Positions 25,197 through 38,127 of a stretch of DNA of 64,000 bases are shown piece after piece; within the stretch, counting starts at the first letter, position 1; each line of letters begins with the position of its first letter. Position numbers and translations under genes: made by a program. A model generated the notes under the pieces. The model was given only the letters and a program-made list of their open reading frames with translations. It did not search any database and was not told the DNA's origin. Source of the stretch: Felis catus (Eukaryota); contig NC_058368.1 of NCBI RefSeq assembly GCF_018350175.1, forward strand, positions 98,334,001 to 98,398,000, given 5' to 3'.

Positions 25197-25405
25197 GGGG
25201 CACCTGGGTGGCTCAATCGTTTGGGCGTCCGACTTTGGCTCAGGTCGTGATCTCACAGTTCATGGGTTCAAGCCCCGCATGGGGCTCTGTACTGACAGTT
25301 CAGTGCATGGAGCCTGCTTTGGATTCTGTGTCTCCTTCTCTCTCTGCCCCTCACCCACTTGTGCTCTGTCTCTCAAAAATAAATAAATGTAAAAAGAAAA
25401 ATGTT
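25197..25405 (+). mobile_element. CAN-SINE
   Basis: TSD-like aaattcttccttg / aaattctcccttg. Confidence 0.95.
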
Positions 25406-26288
25406 TTAAATTCTCCCTTGCTCTTGTATTCTTCCTATAGTTACATTTTTGGTTTCTACAGCAGTTAGCAAGCTGTTTATTTCATCTCTATATTAGAACA
25501 AATTGTTTTTCATCTGTCTCTGTCTCTACCAGAAATTTCTTCCCAGAATATCATGAGCTGTGGAGGAAACACGTCTTGCTTATAGTCCTGCTTGAATAAT
25601 TGCTGTTATTTCATTTTGATCTTGATAAACCAATAAAAATTTATTCCAAATGAAATTTCCTATCCTAATGTATCAGGAATCTTTTATAAAGTCTAAGTAA
25701 AAGCTACTTTTCTCCCTTGTGTATTTTAGTGATTCTTGATAAAATGATTCTCCATTTCTCCTATTTATGAGTGGTTAGCAAATCCATCCCATCGGTTACT
25801 CAGCGTGTCATTTCTGTTAAATTGCTTTCAGATATTATAGTTTTGCTTTGCCACAAAAGGTTACACTTTAGCCTTCTAGACAGCAGTAGTGAATACTAGA
25901 GCCCTGTTTGTATTATTACCCTGATTGATAAATTAAAAAGTTAAAAATAGCACAATTTTCTTTGAGCTAAAGCACTGTGTTGACATCTGCCACTCTGATG
26001 AAATGAATTGCTTTAGGAAAATATGCTCTGTATGTTTTAAAAATAGCATAAAAATTAGCTCTCAGTTCTTAAAATTTTTAATTGTGGTTTGCTATATTTT
26101 TTATTATAGGAATTGTATCAGAGGTTTACAAGATTTTTCTTAGATTTTTTAAAAAGGTAGTCTCTGTTCTTGTAAGTTGCAGAATTTGTGTTTTATTCCA
26201 TGAATTTGTGTTGGAGTCTTACAAAAATTTTTTCTCTCAATTACATTTGAAAATTACATCCTTTTCCTTTTCAAACAAAAGTTAAGCA

Positions 26289-26486
26289 GGGGCGCCTGGG
26301 TGGCTCAGTCAGTTAAGCATCCGACTCTTGATTTCGGCTCAGGTCATCATCCACTGTATGTGGAATCAAGGCCCGCATTGGGCTCCATGCTGACAGAGTG
26401 GAGCCCGCTTGGGATTCTGTGTCTCTCCCTGCCCTGCTTATGTTCTCTTTCTCTCAAAATAAATAAAATTACAAAGAAATTTTAAA
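26289..26486 (+). mobile_element. CAN-SINE
   Basis: ggggcgcctgggtggctcagtcagttaagcatccgactcttgatttcggctcagg. Confidence 0.95.
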
Positions 26487-26669
26487 AAGCAATGGCCTGA
26501 TTTTCAAAAGAATACACTAGATATAAATGAAAGCAAATTATCCGGAAGAGAAACCACAACTGAAAATCAGGGCTACATACTATAGCACATATATTTCTAT
26601 CAGGAACATTATCTGTTATAGACCCTGTTTTGTGTACTTTCTTTCTTAAAATTAAAAATCTTAACACAT

Positions 26670-27040
26670 TTGGTGGCTGAATGGATAAAGAGTGACTTAT
26701 TCATACAATGGGAATAAAAAAGAAATGCTAATGACATATTCAGCAACACGGATGATTTTTAAAATCCTTATGCTTAGTGAAGAAACTAGATACAACATAC
26801 AACATATTTTATGATTCTATTTATATGCCATTCTAGTGAAGGCTTAGCTACAAAGATAGAAATAAGGTCAGTGGTCACCATGGGCTAGGGTCAGGAGAAA
26901 GAATTTGTTTGTAGATGGGCACGTGGGATTTTTTTGGAGTGATGGAAATGCTTTATTATTTAATATATATGCGTTTATCAAAGCTCTTAAAACTATACCC
27001 TAAGTATTAACTTCACTGCATATTATATCTCATTGAAGCT
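26670..27040 (+). mobile_element. Ancient L1M 3' end
   Basis: tgaatggataaa, cagcaacacggatga, atgattctatttatatg, ggagtgatggaaatg. Confidence 0.75.
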
Positions 27041-27830
27041 TCCCTAAAGCTGACAAGTTTGCTTATAGGTGAATTTACTCAACTCTTATGAATATTTGAG
27101 AAGATACACTTTCTTAATCAGCTGTCTCATCAAATAAAATAAACTTTCTCTATAATTGAAACATGTCCAGCATCTTGAACAAAACCAACTTTCTTTTAAA
27201 TATGCAAGGTTAGCTTTCAGAGAACTAGAGGAACAACTTGGATGTGCCGAGGAAAGCATGCGTGTTTGTTAGCTAAGTCTTCATTTTCCAGAGCAAAAAT
27301 AAGTAGGCACTTTCCATAAGTCTAGAAAGAGGATTTTGATGTTATTCAGATGTTCAGAAGTCATCATTAGAAGAGCCCAAGTGTGAAGTGGTTTCACATG
27401 GTACCTTCACAGTCCAGACTTCGACACGGAGGATCGAGCAAAGGTTGTTGCTTTTTATTCATAAATCCCTGTGTGTTCCTAGATTGTTGAACTAGGTGGC
27501 CTCATTGGCATCATTTAATCAGCTGTGCTGGATATCTTCTGTCTCTTCACATCTATTTCCCACTGTTCCTCATGGCTCTCTTCTTATTAGGTTGATCTGT
27601 GTGGTTTGTGTCAACAGACTGTCACACCCTCAAGCCAATGGAGCTGTTGAAAGCAGGGGAGAGAGTGAGATCTGAGACTTCATCTGGTGGTTGCTCTGTA
27701 AGCTGCATCAGAACACCTGTCACATCACTAATTGCCACCCCTCCTATCCAGGTGGCTTTCTCTACTCAAAATCTCTTTCTTTCTCTGTTAAGATAACTTC
27801 TTCCTCTCCTCTTTTCACTGGGCTTGGGGA

Positions 27831-28035
27831 TTTTTTTTAAGGGTATTTGTTTTGAGAGAGAGGAAGAGAGACAGAGAGCATGAACAGGGGAGGGGCAGAG
27901 GGAGAGAGAATCCAAAGCAGGCTCCACACTTACAGCGCAGAACCCAATGTAGGGCTCAAGCTCTACAGATGATGAGATCATGACCTGAGCCAAAATTGAG
28001 AGTGGGACGCTTAACCAAATGTATCACGCAGGCAC
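27831..28035 (-). mobile_element. CAN-SINE (diverged)
   Basis: gagatcatgacctgagccaaaatt..gggacgcttaacc. Confidence 0.9.
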
Positions 28036-28329
28036 AGGTTTATTTCATTTTAACCCTATTTCCCCTCTCTCATTTTCCTGCTGTCTCTAGGCAATCATCC
28101 CAATGCACTTCATTTATCTTCATTACAGATGTAGAAACTGAGGCTCAGAGAGATCTCACAGCAAGTCATTACCAGAACTGGAATTCATACTTAATTCTCT
28201 TGGACTCCAAAAGCCATATGATGGACCCTCCCATAGTTGATTTTATCAGTTTCCTATCATAAATATGGAAGAAAATTTATACACATTTACTCATTGCATT
28301 TCTAAACACTGAACAAGAGATACTTTGCA

Positions 28330-28600
28330 AAATTTTTATGTAGGCAAAATTGACATAACATTGTATTCGTTTCAGGTGTAACAGCATAATGATTTGATAT
28401 TTGTACACAATGGGAAATGACTGCCACAATAAATTTAGTTAAGATCCATAACCATACATAGTAACATGCTTTTTTTTGTTGTTGTTATGGTGAGAACTTC
28501 CAAGATCCACTATCCTAGCTACTTTGAAATATGCAATACAGTATTCTTAACTATAGTTGCCGTGAGGCACTTAACATTACATCACCATGACTTACTCATT
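28330..28600 (-). mobile_element. L1MA-like 3' end
   Basis: aattgacataacattgtat..tttcaggtgtaacagcataatgatttgata, tgcaatacagtattcttaactatagt. Confidence 0.75.
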
Positions 28601-29138
28601 TAGCGAGAGCTACTTTGAAGGCAAAATAAAAAAATGCAAGTCTTACTGCCCTATGTTATCCTCTGATTTGGAAAACATACACAGCCAGAAAGACTTAAGT
28701 GAGTTGAGTGGGTACGGGATGAAGTATCATGAATTATTTTTTTTTTATGTGGACAAAAAAAAAAAATGAACTAATAGGTTCTTTCTAGAAATGAAACTAC
28801 ATAATTTTCATGATTATAATGAAAACGAATTGTATTGCATAAACCTCTTATTAATGGTTGATTATAACCCTTTCCAAACATTTGCCTATGTAAAAGCTTA
28901 CATGACTAAGCATACTCTTATGTTCCTAATATTTCTCCTCCCCCACCTCATAGTATTCTGCTTGTTGAAAAGGAAACAATGAAATTGAAGGGGTTAACAT
29001 GCAGAATTGTTAGAAGACTTTTTAAACATATACCAAATTAGATTTCTGAACATGATTTTTAGGGGAAACAGGCTGTGCATGTTCTAATTGGCCTATTTTT
29101 CCCTTTCTTCCTTCCTTCTATCCTTCCTTCCTTTCTTC

Positions 29139-29356
29139 TTTTTAAAGTTTGTTTATTTATTTATTTGTTTATTTAGAGAGTGTGTGAGCACAAGGGGAAG
29201 GGACAGAGAGAAAGGGAGAAAGAGAGACTCTAGAGCAGGCTCTGCACCGTCAGTGTGGAACCCCATGCAGGGCTCTAATTCATAAACCCTGAGATCATGA
29301 CCTGAACCCAAATCAGGAGTCAGATGCTTAACTCACTGATTCACCCAGGTATCCCT
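29139..29356 (-). mobile_element. CAN-SINE
   Basis: Body and cacccaggtatccc end. Confidence 0.92.
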
Positions 29357-32300
29357 GGACTTTTTTTTTTTTTTAACTCATCTGAGAGGACTGCCCAGAT
29401 ATCAATCGTGGAAACCCAAGGTATTCACAAATTGTGTGAGTGTTCATGGCTAATGTGGAAGCCAACCATGGTGTCCACCTGGAGGGAACTTTAGCATTAT
29501 GCTGTATGAAACTGAAGTGTCAGAGCCTCTTGCTTGGAAGGGCCCCTTTTCAAGTCCTGCACCTTAATTGTATTTATCATTTTATGTATTTTTCTTCCAC
29601 TTGCATTCCAAAAATATATTTTATAGAATTACAGTACACGTAGAACCCAAAACCTGGATACCTGAGTTCATTTTCTGGAAGTAGTGATACATGGGTATAG
29701 ATATAGACTGCGTATAGACTGTGTATAGACTCATTCTATCATGTTAGATTTTGATAAAAGTTTAACTTCAAAAAGAAGGTAGTCCAAATGTATTACCAAG
29801 AATGCTCATAAAACTACTTTCTTTAATAAAAATTTGAATTTATTTTTAAAGATAGAAAAACAAAGCTTCCCTTCTGTAGTCTTAGTATTGGTGAGACACT
29901 AAACATGAGAATTTAAATGTTAAAATAAGTGATCTATGTTAAGTCTGTGATTAAGCATTTAACTTCTGTGGACAGCAATTGCCAGTGTTCGTTATGGCCT
30001 GTCAAATTCTACTTGGCACCCATAATGTAACAACTATACTCCATTAAATGAGGGGTTCCCTCCTCCTTTTAAACCATACACATGGAATTCTACATGTATT
30101 GTTGTCACATTCCTGAGTTAGGTGTTTAGAATCTTTGTTATATTTATTAAATTCAGAAGTCACCATTTCTGAATATCCAGTCTCTCTAGTAATAGTGTTC
30201 AATAATGTATAACAGTATTTTTATTTAAAGAAATACATTATATAAATCTAAAGAAGGAAAAAAATTAAACTTGAGAAAATGACCAAATTTTTATTTTGTA
30301 TATACTATATATTATACATATATATGGCTTTTCTCTGACATTAGAGTGTGGAACCAGAGTCTTGGAATCTGATCAAAATGTTAAGGAATTTCAGAGGTAT
30401 CACACAGAAAGGAAGCATGAAGTCTCATAGATAGTGCCACCAGTAATACAGAGGGCTAATGAGGATTGCTGTGGATGGAATTTTAAAAAAAATAATGTCA
30501 AGCCTCAATTATGCCAGTAAAAAATTTATTTAAGTAAACTCGGTAAATGTTTTGCCCCTTTAACATGAGTGATTTAAGTAAATGGATAACTTTCCTCGGC
30601 ATGTCTGTTTATCAGAGAAGCCACCATAAACCTTCCACTTATGACCTTAGACTGGAATTGATTACTTTCTGAAGTGAATAATCCTGTAAGAAAAGAATAC
30701 ATGAGGCTCTAAGGACAAACAGTTCTCTCAAACCATGTGTATTTAACATCTGTGGTTTCTTCCCTCAATTTTATGTGCTCTTATTTAAGTAGCAGTGATT
30801 TCCCTTAGGTCTAGAGTAAGCCATTTACTTCAACACTTGGATTTCTCTGCGAGGAAGGTAGGTTGGGAGACACATTGAGAGTTTAGGGCTAGAGTCATGC
30901 CTTTGAATGCCCTGGGCAGTAAAAGAGCCCCAGACTACTGTAGGCACTAGGAGGACTATTTGTCAGGAGCATTTTAGGACACTGAGGCCATGTGGTTATG
31001 ATAAAGAAAGAATCTGGATAATAACGACTGATTGTATTATTGATGCTGAGCGCACTATGTATGTCCATATCTTTGTAGTTTGTTCATTGTCCTGTTTTAG
31101 GTCTTTCTAAACTCACTGTGCCCATGCTTGAGTCTAAACTTCAGATCCACTTCTCATCGAATTGCCTTCTAAATACTCAAGTGTACATTCAGGTTTTGAA
31201 TGTAGTTGGGTTCGAGAGCATGCCGTGGTCTCCCTTATATTTAGGTTTAAGTTTGTTGCAGATGCTAAACTAAGATGCTTCATTCACTCGTTATTAACTC
31301 ATTCACTCATTCATTCTCTAAATATCTGTGTTGTGTGTGTTGTGTTTCAGGCATTGTTCTGAATGCTGGAGAGATTTTAGTAGTTGATATCGACCACTGG
31401 AATTGATTTGCAAACAGCCAGTAAATGCCTCCTGAATGAATGAATCAGTGAATAAATAAGTAAATAAATGAGAAAGCACATGTACATAGAAATAGAACAT
31501 ACTGTAATAAGGGAACAAAAATTTAATTAGGTATCTACAGCAAGTACATATTCCACATCCTATGTTATTACGAAAGTCTCTTAGAAGGAACTTCCAACCA
31601 TTCGTGGTATGAATATAAGATATTTTATGAAAAAACTGAGGCACAGAAAATAGTGCTTTATTTTATGAGCTCTGGAAATAGTTTCCTTTTACAAGAAGGA
31701 AATAGTATTTTCGTTCCGTGAAAATATTTGAAAAATTGCAAACCTTGCCTTCACAAACCATATTTTTGGGGTAGAGAAGATCAAGCCCTGCCCTTCACTT
31801 TTGTTCTAATAAATGTGAGCCTATGATATTGTGAATCTTTACATTTGTCTGAAGTACACCCTTGTAGAAGATCAGCGCAAGCTCTTTGGTTATAGGAATT
31901 ATTGGTTGAATTCCTTTCTAAAAAATAAATTCGTCCGTAATGTGGATGTCCCAAATCTCACCTGTATTTTCCAAGCTACAGCCATTCTTTGCTAACACTG
32001 TTAGTAGCCACAATACTCAAGGAAGCCATGTGGGAAGACTAAATTTCACAACAGGTTTGCATATCCTCATAACCATGGCCCCACAGAGTGGCTGTGTATA
32101 ACATCTGAATCCTGTGTCCATCAGTTCTGAAATGTGATCTTGAGGAAGATTTTCCATTATCCTATTATGCTCCATTTCCAAATCTGTATAACATGAAAAA
32201 TGATGGCACCTATCAGTTAGTGGGTCATTTAATAGATATCCTATTATATTGGTCTCATGCAAACCAGTAACAAGGGATCTGAAAATGAGACCGGTGACCA

Positions 32301-32379
32301 AAAATTTTGAAGAAATTGAGAAAAAACCGAAACAGGCTCTGTTGTCTTGTCCAGTAGTACACATTAAAGGAGGAATTGA

Positions 32380-32588
32380 GGGGCACCTGGGTGGCTCAGT
32401 CAGTTAACTGACTGTGGCTGAGGTTATGATCTCACAGTTTGTGGGTTCTAGCCCTGTGTTGGACTCTGTGCTGACAGCTTGGAGACTGGAGACTGCTTCA
32501 GTTTCTGTGTCTCCTTTTCTCTGCCCCTCCCCAACCTGCTCTCCATCTCTCTCTTTCTCAAAAATAAATAAAAAATATTAAAAAAAAA
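32380..32588 (+). mobile_element. CAN-SINE
   Basis: TSD aaaggaggaattga at 32366-32379 and 32695-32708 (3' copy displaced by an L1 stub). Confidence 0.95.
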
Positions 32589-32601
32589 TGAAAGGAGGAA
32601 T

Positions 32602-32684
32602 CTACTCCTGAAATTATTGTTTCACTATATGCTAATTTGGATGTAAATTTTAAAAAATAAAAAATAAAAAATAAAATTAAAATT
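32602..32684 (+). mobile_element. Ultra-short L1 3' terminal insertion
   Basis: ctactcctgaaattattgtttcactatatgctaatttggatgtaaatt plus A-rich tail; reverse-complement match to the L1 terminus at 6800-6860. Confidence 0.85.
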
Positions 32685-32778
32685 AAAAAAAATGAAAGGA
32701 GGAATTGAAATGTGTTCAGCCTTAATAAATCTATAGGTGAATGACTTTGAAACTTGCATTTTAAAACTTAGCTTTTGG

Positions 32779-34322
32779 TTAGCATAATACCCTTCATTTC
32801 TACCCACGTTGCTACAAATGGCCAGATTTCATTTTTTCTCATTGCCAAGTAGCATTCCATTGTATATATAAACCACTTCTTCTTCTTTTGTTAATATGAA
32901 ATTTATTGTCAAATTGGTTTCCATGCAACACCCAGTGCTCATCCCAACAGGTGCCCTCCTCAATACCCATCACCCACCCTCCCCTCCCTCCCACCCCCCA
33001 TCAACCCTCAGTTTATTCTCAGTTTTTAAGAGTCTCTTATGGTTTGCCTCCTTCCCTCTCTAACTTTTTTTTTCCTTCCCCTCCCCCATGGTCTTCTGTT
33101 AAGTTTCTCAGGATCCACATTACAGTGAAAACATATGGTATCTGTCTTTCTCTCTATGACTTATTTCACTTAGCATAACACTCTCCAGTTCCATCCACGT
33201 TGCTACAAAAGGTCATATTTCATTCTTTCTCCTTGCCAAGTAGTATTCCATTGTGTATTATAAACCACAATTTCTTTATCCATTCATCAGTTGATGGACA
33301 TTTAGGCTTTTTCCATAATTTGGCTATTGTTGAAAGTGCTGCTATCAACATTGGGGTACAAGGGCCCCTATGCATCAGCACTCCTGTCTCCCTTAGGTAA
33401 ATTCCCAGCAGTGCTATTGCTGGGTCATATGGTAGTTCTATTTTTAATTTTTTGAGGAACCTCCACACTGTTTTCAGAGCGGCTGCATGAGTTGGCATTC
33501 CCACCAATAGTGTAAGAGTGTTCCCGTTTCTCCACATCCTCTCCAGCATCTATAGTCTCCTGATTTGTTCATTTTAGCCACTCTGACCGGAGTGAGGTGG
33601 TATCTCAGTGTGATTTTGATTTGTATTTCCCTGATGAGGAGTGACGTTGAGCATCGTTTCATGTGTCTGTTGCCCATCTGGATGTCTTCTTTAGAAAAGC
33701 GTCCATTCATGTCTTCTGCCCATTTCTTCACTGGATTATTTGTTTTTTGGGTGTGGAGTTTAAATGAAATGAGTCAGGCAGAGAAAGATACCATATGTTT
33801 TCACTCATATGTGGATCCTGAGAAATTTAACAGAAGACCATGGGGGAGGGGAAGGAGGAAAATAAAGTTACAGAGAGGGAGGGAGGCAAACCATAAGAGA
33901 CTCTTTTTTTTTTTAAACATTTATTTATTATTGAGAGACAGAGAGACACAGAGAGTGAGCAGGGGAGGGGTAGAGAGAAGGGGAGACACAGAATATAAAG
34001 CAGGCTACAGGCTCTGAGATGTCAGCACAGAGCCCAATGTGGGGCCTGAAGTCACAAACTGTGAGATCATGACCTGAGCCGAAGTCAGACACTTAACCGA
34101 CTGAGCCACCCAGGTGCCCCAAGAGACTCTTAAATACTGAGAACAAACTGGGACTTGATAGGGGTGGGGGAGAGGGGAAAGTGGGTTATGGGCATTGAGG
34201 ACACCTGTTGGGATGAGCACTGGATGCTGTATGTAAACCAATTTGAAAATAAATTGTATTTAATATAAGAAATAAAAAAATAAATAAAAAGAATGTGTAT
34301 AAAGAATAAAAAAAAATAAAAT
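32779..34322 (+). mobile_element. Composite L1 insertion with 5' inversion (32779-33761 inverted, containing a second L1 3' end)
   Basis: TSD aaaacttagcttttgg at 32763-32778 and 34323-34338; ORF2p C-terminal ORFs 33220-33549 and 33474-33731. Confidence 0.9.
33906..34120 (-). mobile_element. CAN-SINE inserted in L1 3'UTR
   Basis: Perfect TSD aagagactctt at 33895-33905 and 34121-34131. Confidence 0.97.
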
Positions 34323-35191
34323 AAAACTTAGCTTTTGGGTTAGCCCAATGCTAGCCACTGTTACCAAGAATCCTTAGCCAGGATAAGTCAATTTTTTTCT
34401 CACCCAGAAATCCAAGGCAGTTGTGACTTCTGTCAGGGACAGCTGTCTTCTCTGTTGTCTGTCACATAGATGCTCATAATAATGGAAACTCTGATGAGGT
34501 CTTGAGGACATCATGGTAGTCTAATCCTAGTGAAACAAATGAGGTCAGATTTTGAGACATTTTGGTTCGCTAGGCCTGGAAATTGCATTTTAACACCATC
34601 TCATGGTCACACGATAATGCGAGGAAGGCTGAAAAATTAGTGTCTGATTGTGTCCTTGAAGAAGAGAATATATATACTTGTGAATAGCAAGCAATTTTTG
34701 CCACAGGTTACCCTACTGCTTCTGAAATACTAATCAGTAGCCTTTGCCTCATATTTAAAGCAGACCCATCCTTTTTCCAGTGAGACTTCCTACAGCCCCT
34801 TCCATCACTGCCCCCCTTTCCTAGTCCTTCACAGGATATCTGGAGATGTCTACTTCTCTCAGTCAGGACCAGTCCTCTGTTACTATATTTTAAATCCTGT
34901 GACCTAGAAAATAGCATACTTTAGTAAAGCAGGTGCATAGTAATCATAAGAAACCTCTACTTTGACAATGTGTGAATGGGAAACTCATGGCTTACTTTAG
35001 TGCAGAAAAATGCTGGAATCATTCTGGAAAGGCAATCTTTAGACTTGTCTACACTGGCAGATGAGGAAGTTTCATGATTAGATATTGGTTCTGTGTTCTG
35101 GAAGAACTTCCTTGTGAGTTGATCTCCATGGACTTAGCTCCCGTCCTCTGGAAGGATCTTCCTTCTATATTTACGTCTGCAGACAGTTTTA

Positions 35192-35430
35192 TTTTTTTAT
35201 TTTAAAAAAATCTTTATTTATTTTGAGAGAGAGAGAGAAAGAGAGGCAGAGAGAGGGAAGCACAAGTTAGGGAGGGACAGATACAGAAAGGAGGTAGAGA
35301 ATCCCAACCAGGCTCCCAGTGCTATCGGCACAGAGCCCGATGCGGGGCTCAATCTCATGAACTGTGAGATCATGACCTAAGCCCAAATCAAGAGTCAGAT
35401 GCTTAACCCACTGAGCCACCTGGGTACCCC
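35192..35430 (-). mobile_element. CAN-SINE
   Basis: TSD gtctgcagacagtttta (35175) / gtctgcagacactttta (35432). Confidence 0.96.
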
Positions 35431-35462
35431 TGTCTGCAGACACTTTTAAAATGGGCCCTGGA

Positions 35463-35645
35463 GGGGTGCCTGAGTGGCTCAGTGGGTTAAGCATTGGAAC
35501 TCTGCTTAGGTCATGATCTGCATTGGGCTCTGTGCTGACAGCGATGAGTGTGCTTGGGATTCTTTGTTTCCCCATCTCTCTCCTCCTCCTCCACTCGAGC
35601 TTGTGTGCTCAAAATAAATAAATAAACTTAAAAAAATTTTTTAAA
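35463..35645 (+). mobile_element. CAN-SINE (internally deleted)
   Basis: TSD taaaatgggccctgga (35447) / taaaatgggtcctgga (35647). Confidence 0.94.
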
Positions 35646-36253
35646 GTAAAATGGGTCCTGGAGAATATTCTCTTAGGGAGCTGTGCAGTTTCCAAAGTCC
35701 ATTTCTTAATCTTATGCAATTGGGAGCCCAAGGATTGTTTTATATTCAGTCTTTTTTTTTTTTTATTTTAATTTTATTTTTTGGGCTAAACTCATAGTTC
35801 TTGACTGTAGAATTACCTCAAAAAAAGTTTTGGGGGGTTCTAATTTAGTGGTTTACGTATATTCCAAGTGCTAGTAACCACAGACAATGTCTTTTTCCTT
35901 TTTCCTTTAGGTTTACTTCTCTAGCTTGCTTTATTTCTCTGCTTCTTTACTTCCATGCTTATTTCTTTCAACATAGTAGTAGTTGCCATCTGAACAAGAG
36001 GTTTTGGTAAGAAGGCAGCATCCTTAATTTTTGCTGCGGGGCTCAGTTCCTTGTCTAATGGAGAAAGCTTACTGTGACTTTGTGCTCAAAGCCTTTTTTT
36101 TCCAGTTTTGACCCTTATTAGGGGGTTTGAAGAAATTGGCTTCTCCAACACTGCCACACCGACAGTGGGAAGTAGATGTGAAGAGACAGAAGATATCCAG
36201 CACAGCTGATTAAACGTTGCTAATTTGGGTGTCACCATTTTGGCATCCTTTGT

Positions 36254-36308
36254 GTTTTTATTTATTCATTTTGAGAGAGCAAACAAGCAAGTGTGTGAGT
36301 AGGGGAGG

Positions 36309-36346
<38 letters not shown>

Positions 36347-36457
36347 CCCAAGCAGGCTCTGTGCTGACAGCCTTACTCAGGGCTCGATCTCACAAACCAT
36401 GGGATCTTTACCTGAGCCGAAACCAAGGGTCAGATACTTAACCAATTGAGCCACCCA
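36254..36457 (-). mobile_element. CAN-SINE
   Basis: (GA)n tract, gaatcccaagcaggctc, ttgagccaccc. Confidence 0.92.
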
Positions 36458-36489
36458 CTTACAGCTTACTGTTTCTTACCCACTTACTG

Positions 36490-36747
36490 CTGCCATTTTC
36501 ACCGTAGTGGACTTCGGTAACACAACACTCCCCTCATTCCAGTCTGTCCTAAGTAGGAAAGAGCATGGAGATACCCTAGAGAGATTTTCAGACCAAGGCT
36601 GGAAGAAGCACACTTCACTTTGGTTCACATTTCCTATTCATGCACACAGCCAGAACTAACTGTATGGAGGCTGGAAAATGTAATCTAGCTATGTGCCTAA
36701 AAGAAGAGGAAGTTGATTTGGGTTAGGGCATCATGGGCTCTGTCACA
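36490..36747 (-). mobile_element. MLT1J/K-like MaLR LTR remnant
   Basis: taactgtatggaggctggaaaatgtaatctagctatgtgcctaaaagaagaggaa...ctctgtcaca. Confidence 0.65.
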
Positions 36748-36941
36748 TATTCTTGTGGATTTATTATGTACCTATATTCACTTCCTGTCATACTATTATA
36801 CCAAACCTGCAGTTTTTACTGAGGTCTCCGTCTGAAGGGGAAACTTCCCAAAACATGACACCACAGTCTAGGTATACAGAAAAAAAAGAATGAAAGATGT
36901 AATATCATGGTAGATTCTCACTCCAAGAATTGAGGGAACTT

Positions 36942-37152
36942 GGGGCACCTGAATGGCTCAGTTAGTGAGGCATCTGACTTCGGCTCAGGTCATGATCTCG
37001 AGGTTCGTGGGTTCAAGCCCCTCATCGGGCTCTGTGCTGACAGCTCAGATCCTGGAGCCTGCTTCAGATTCTGTGTCTCCTTCTCTCTCTGCCCCACCCC
37101 TGCTCATGCTCTGTCTCTCTCTCCCTCTTTCCCTCAAAAATAAAATTTAAAA
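36942..37152 (+). mobile_element. CAN-SINE
   Basis: Full body with head and A tail. Confidence 0.95.
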
Positions 37153-37872
37153 AATTTTTTGTCTGTCTTTACCTCTGAATCTCCAGCACTAGTTGAGGAC
37201 TGGGGAATTAGTAGGTGCTCAACATTAAATTGATGAACCGGTGAGTAAAATCATGATGCATGAATCAGAATCTGAGTTGCTTAAAAAGGGCCATGGGATC
37301 TCAAATTTTCCCCTGCAAAATTGTTAATTATGTGAGTCTTTAAAAATTTATGACCAATATATGGACATTTTTCCAAATAATAAGGTCATTGTTGCAATTA
37401 TGTAGTAATGGTTAAGCATGAATTAATTTAAAGTACTCAGAGGATACCTATCAAGAAGATCTAGTAACATTGTTACTTGATTTTTATATTTTCACTTTGC
37501 TGATTACTGAGCCAATATAGAAGTATTTGAGAAGTGTTGGAAGACTTGGGTAATATAACCATGGTAATGATTTTTAAAGCAAGATAGAAAATATGACCAA
37601 AGATGAAAGTGCATTAACACATTCTGTGTTTAAGATTATCATGAGGTGAAAGTCCAAGTATGGGTACGATATTAGAAATAGGAATTATGGCAAATTAAAT
37701 TGTGTTTTCCACTAGCAATTGTTTATCAGGTCAAATATGTCTAAAGTTTGATGTTCTTTTTCTCAGTGAGTACAAAGGGAGTGTATCTCTATTAATAATT
37801 TTGAAAATAACTTGAAATTGTTCTGGCTATGAAAATTATTCCAGAAAACCAAATTTAAAAACCGAGAAATGT

Positions 37873-38127
37873 GGGGCACCTGAGTGGCTTAGTTGGTTAA
37901 GCAACCGACTCTTGCTTTCAGCTTGGGTCATGATCTCACAGTTGTGGGATTGAGTTTTGCATCGGGCTCCATGATGACTGCACGGAGCCTGTGTGGGGTT
38001 CTGTCTGTCTGTCTCCTTCTCTTTCTCTCTCTCTCTCTGCCCCTCCCCAACTTGTGTGTGCACATGCCCATGTGCACACTATTTCTCTCTCTCTCAAAAA
38101 AAAAAATAATAAAATAATAAAAAAAAC
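37873..38127 (+). mobile_element. CAN-SINE
   Basis: Full body; TSD-like aaaaccgagaaatg / aaaacagttaaatg. Confidence 0.94.

Noticed and set aside
29701..29731. Short 12-bp tandem (tatagactg.g); similar short duplications near 21426, 42237 and 16137
   Set aside because: Ordinary slippage duplications.
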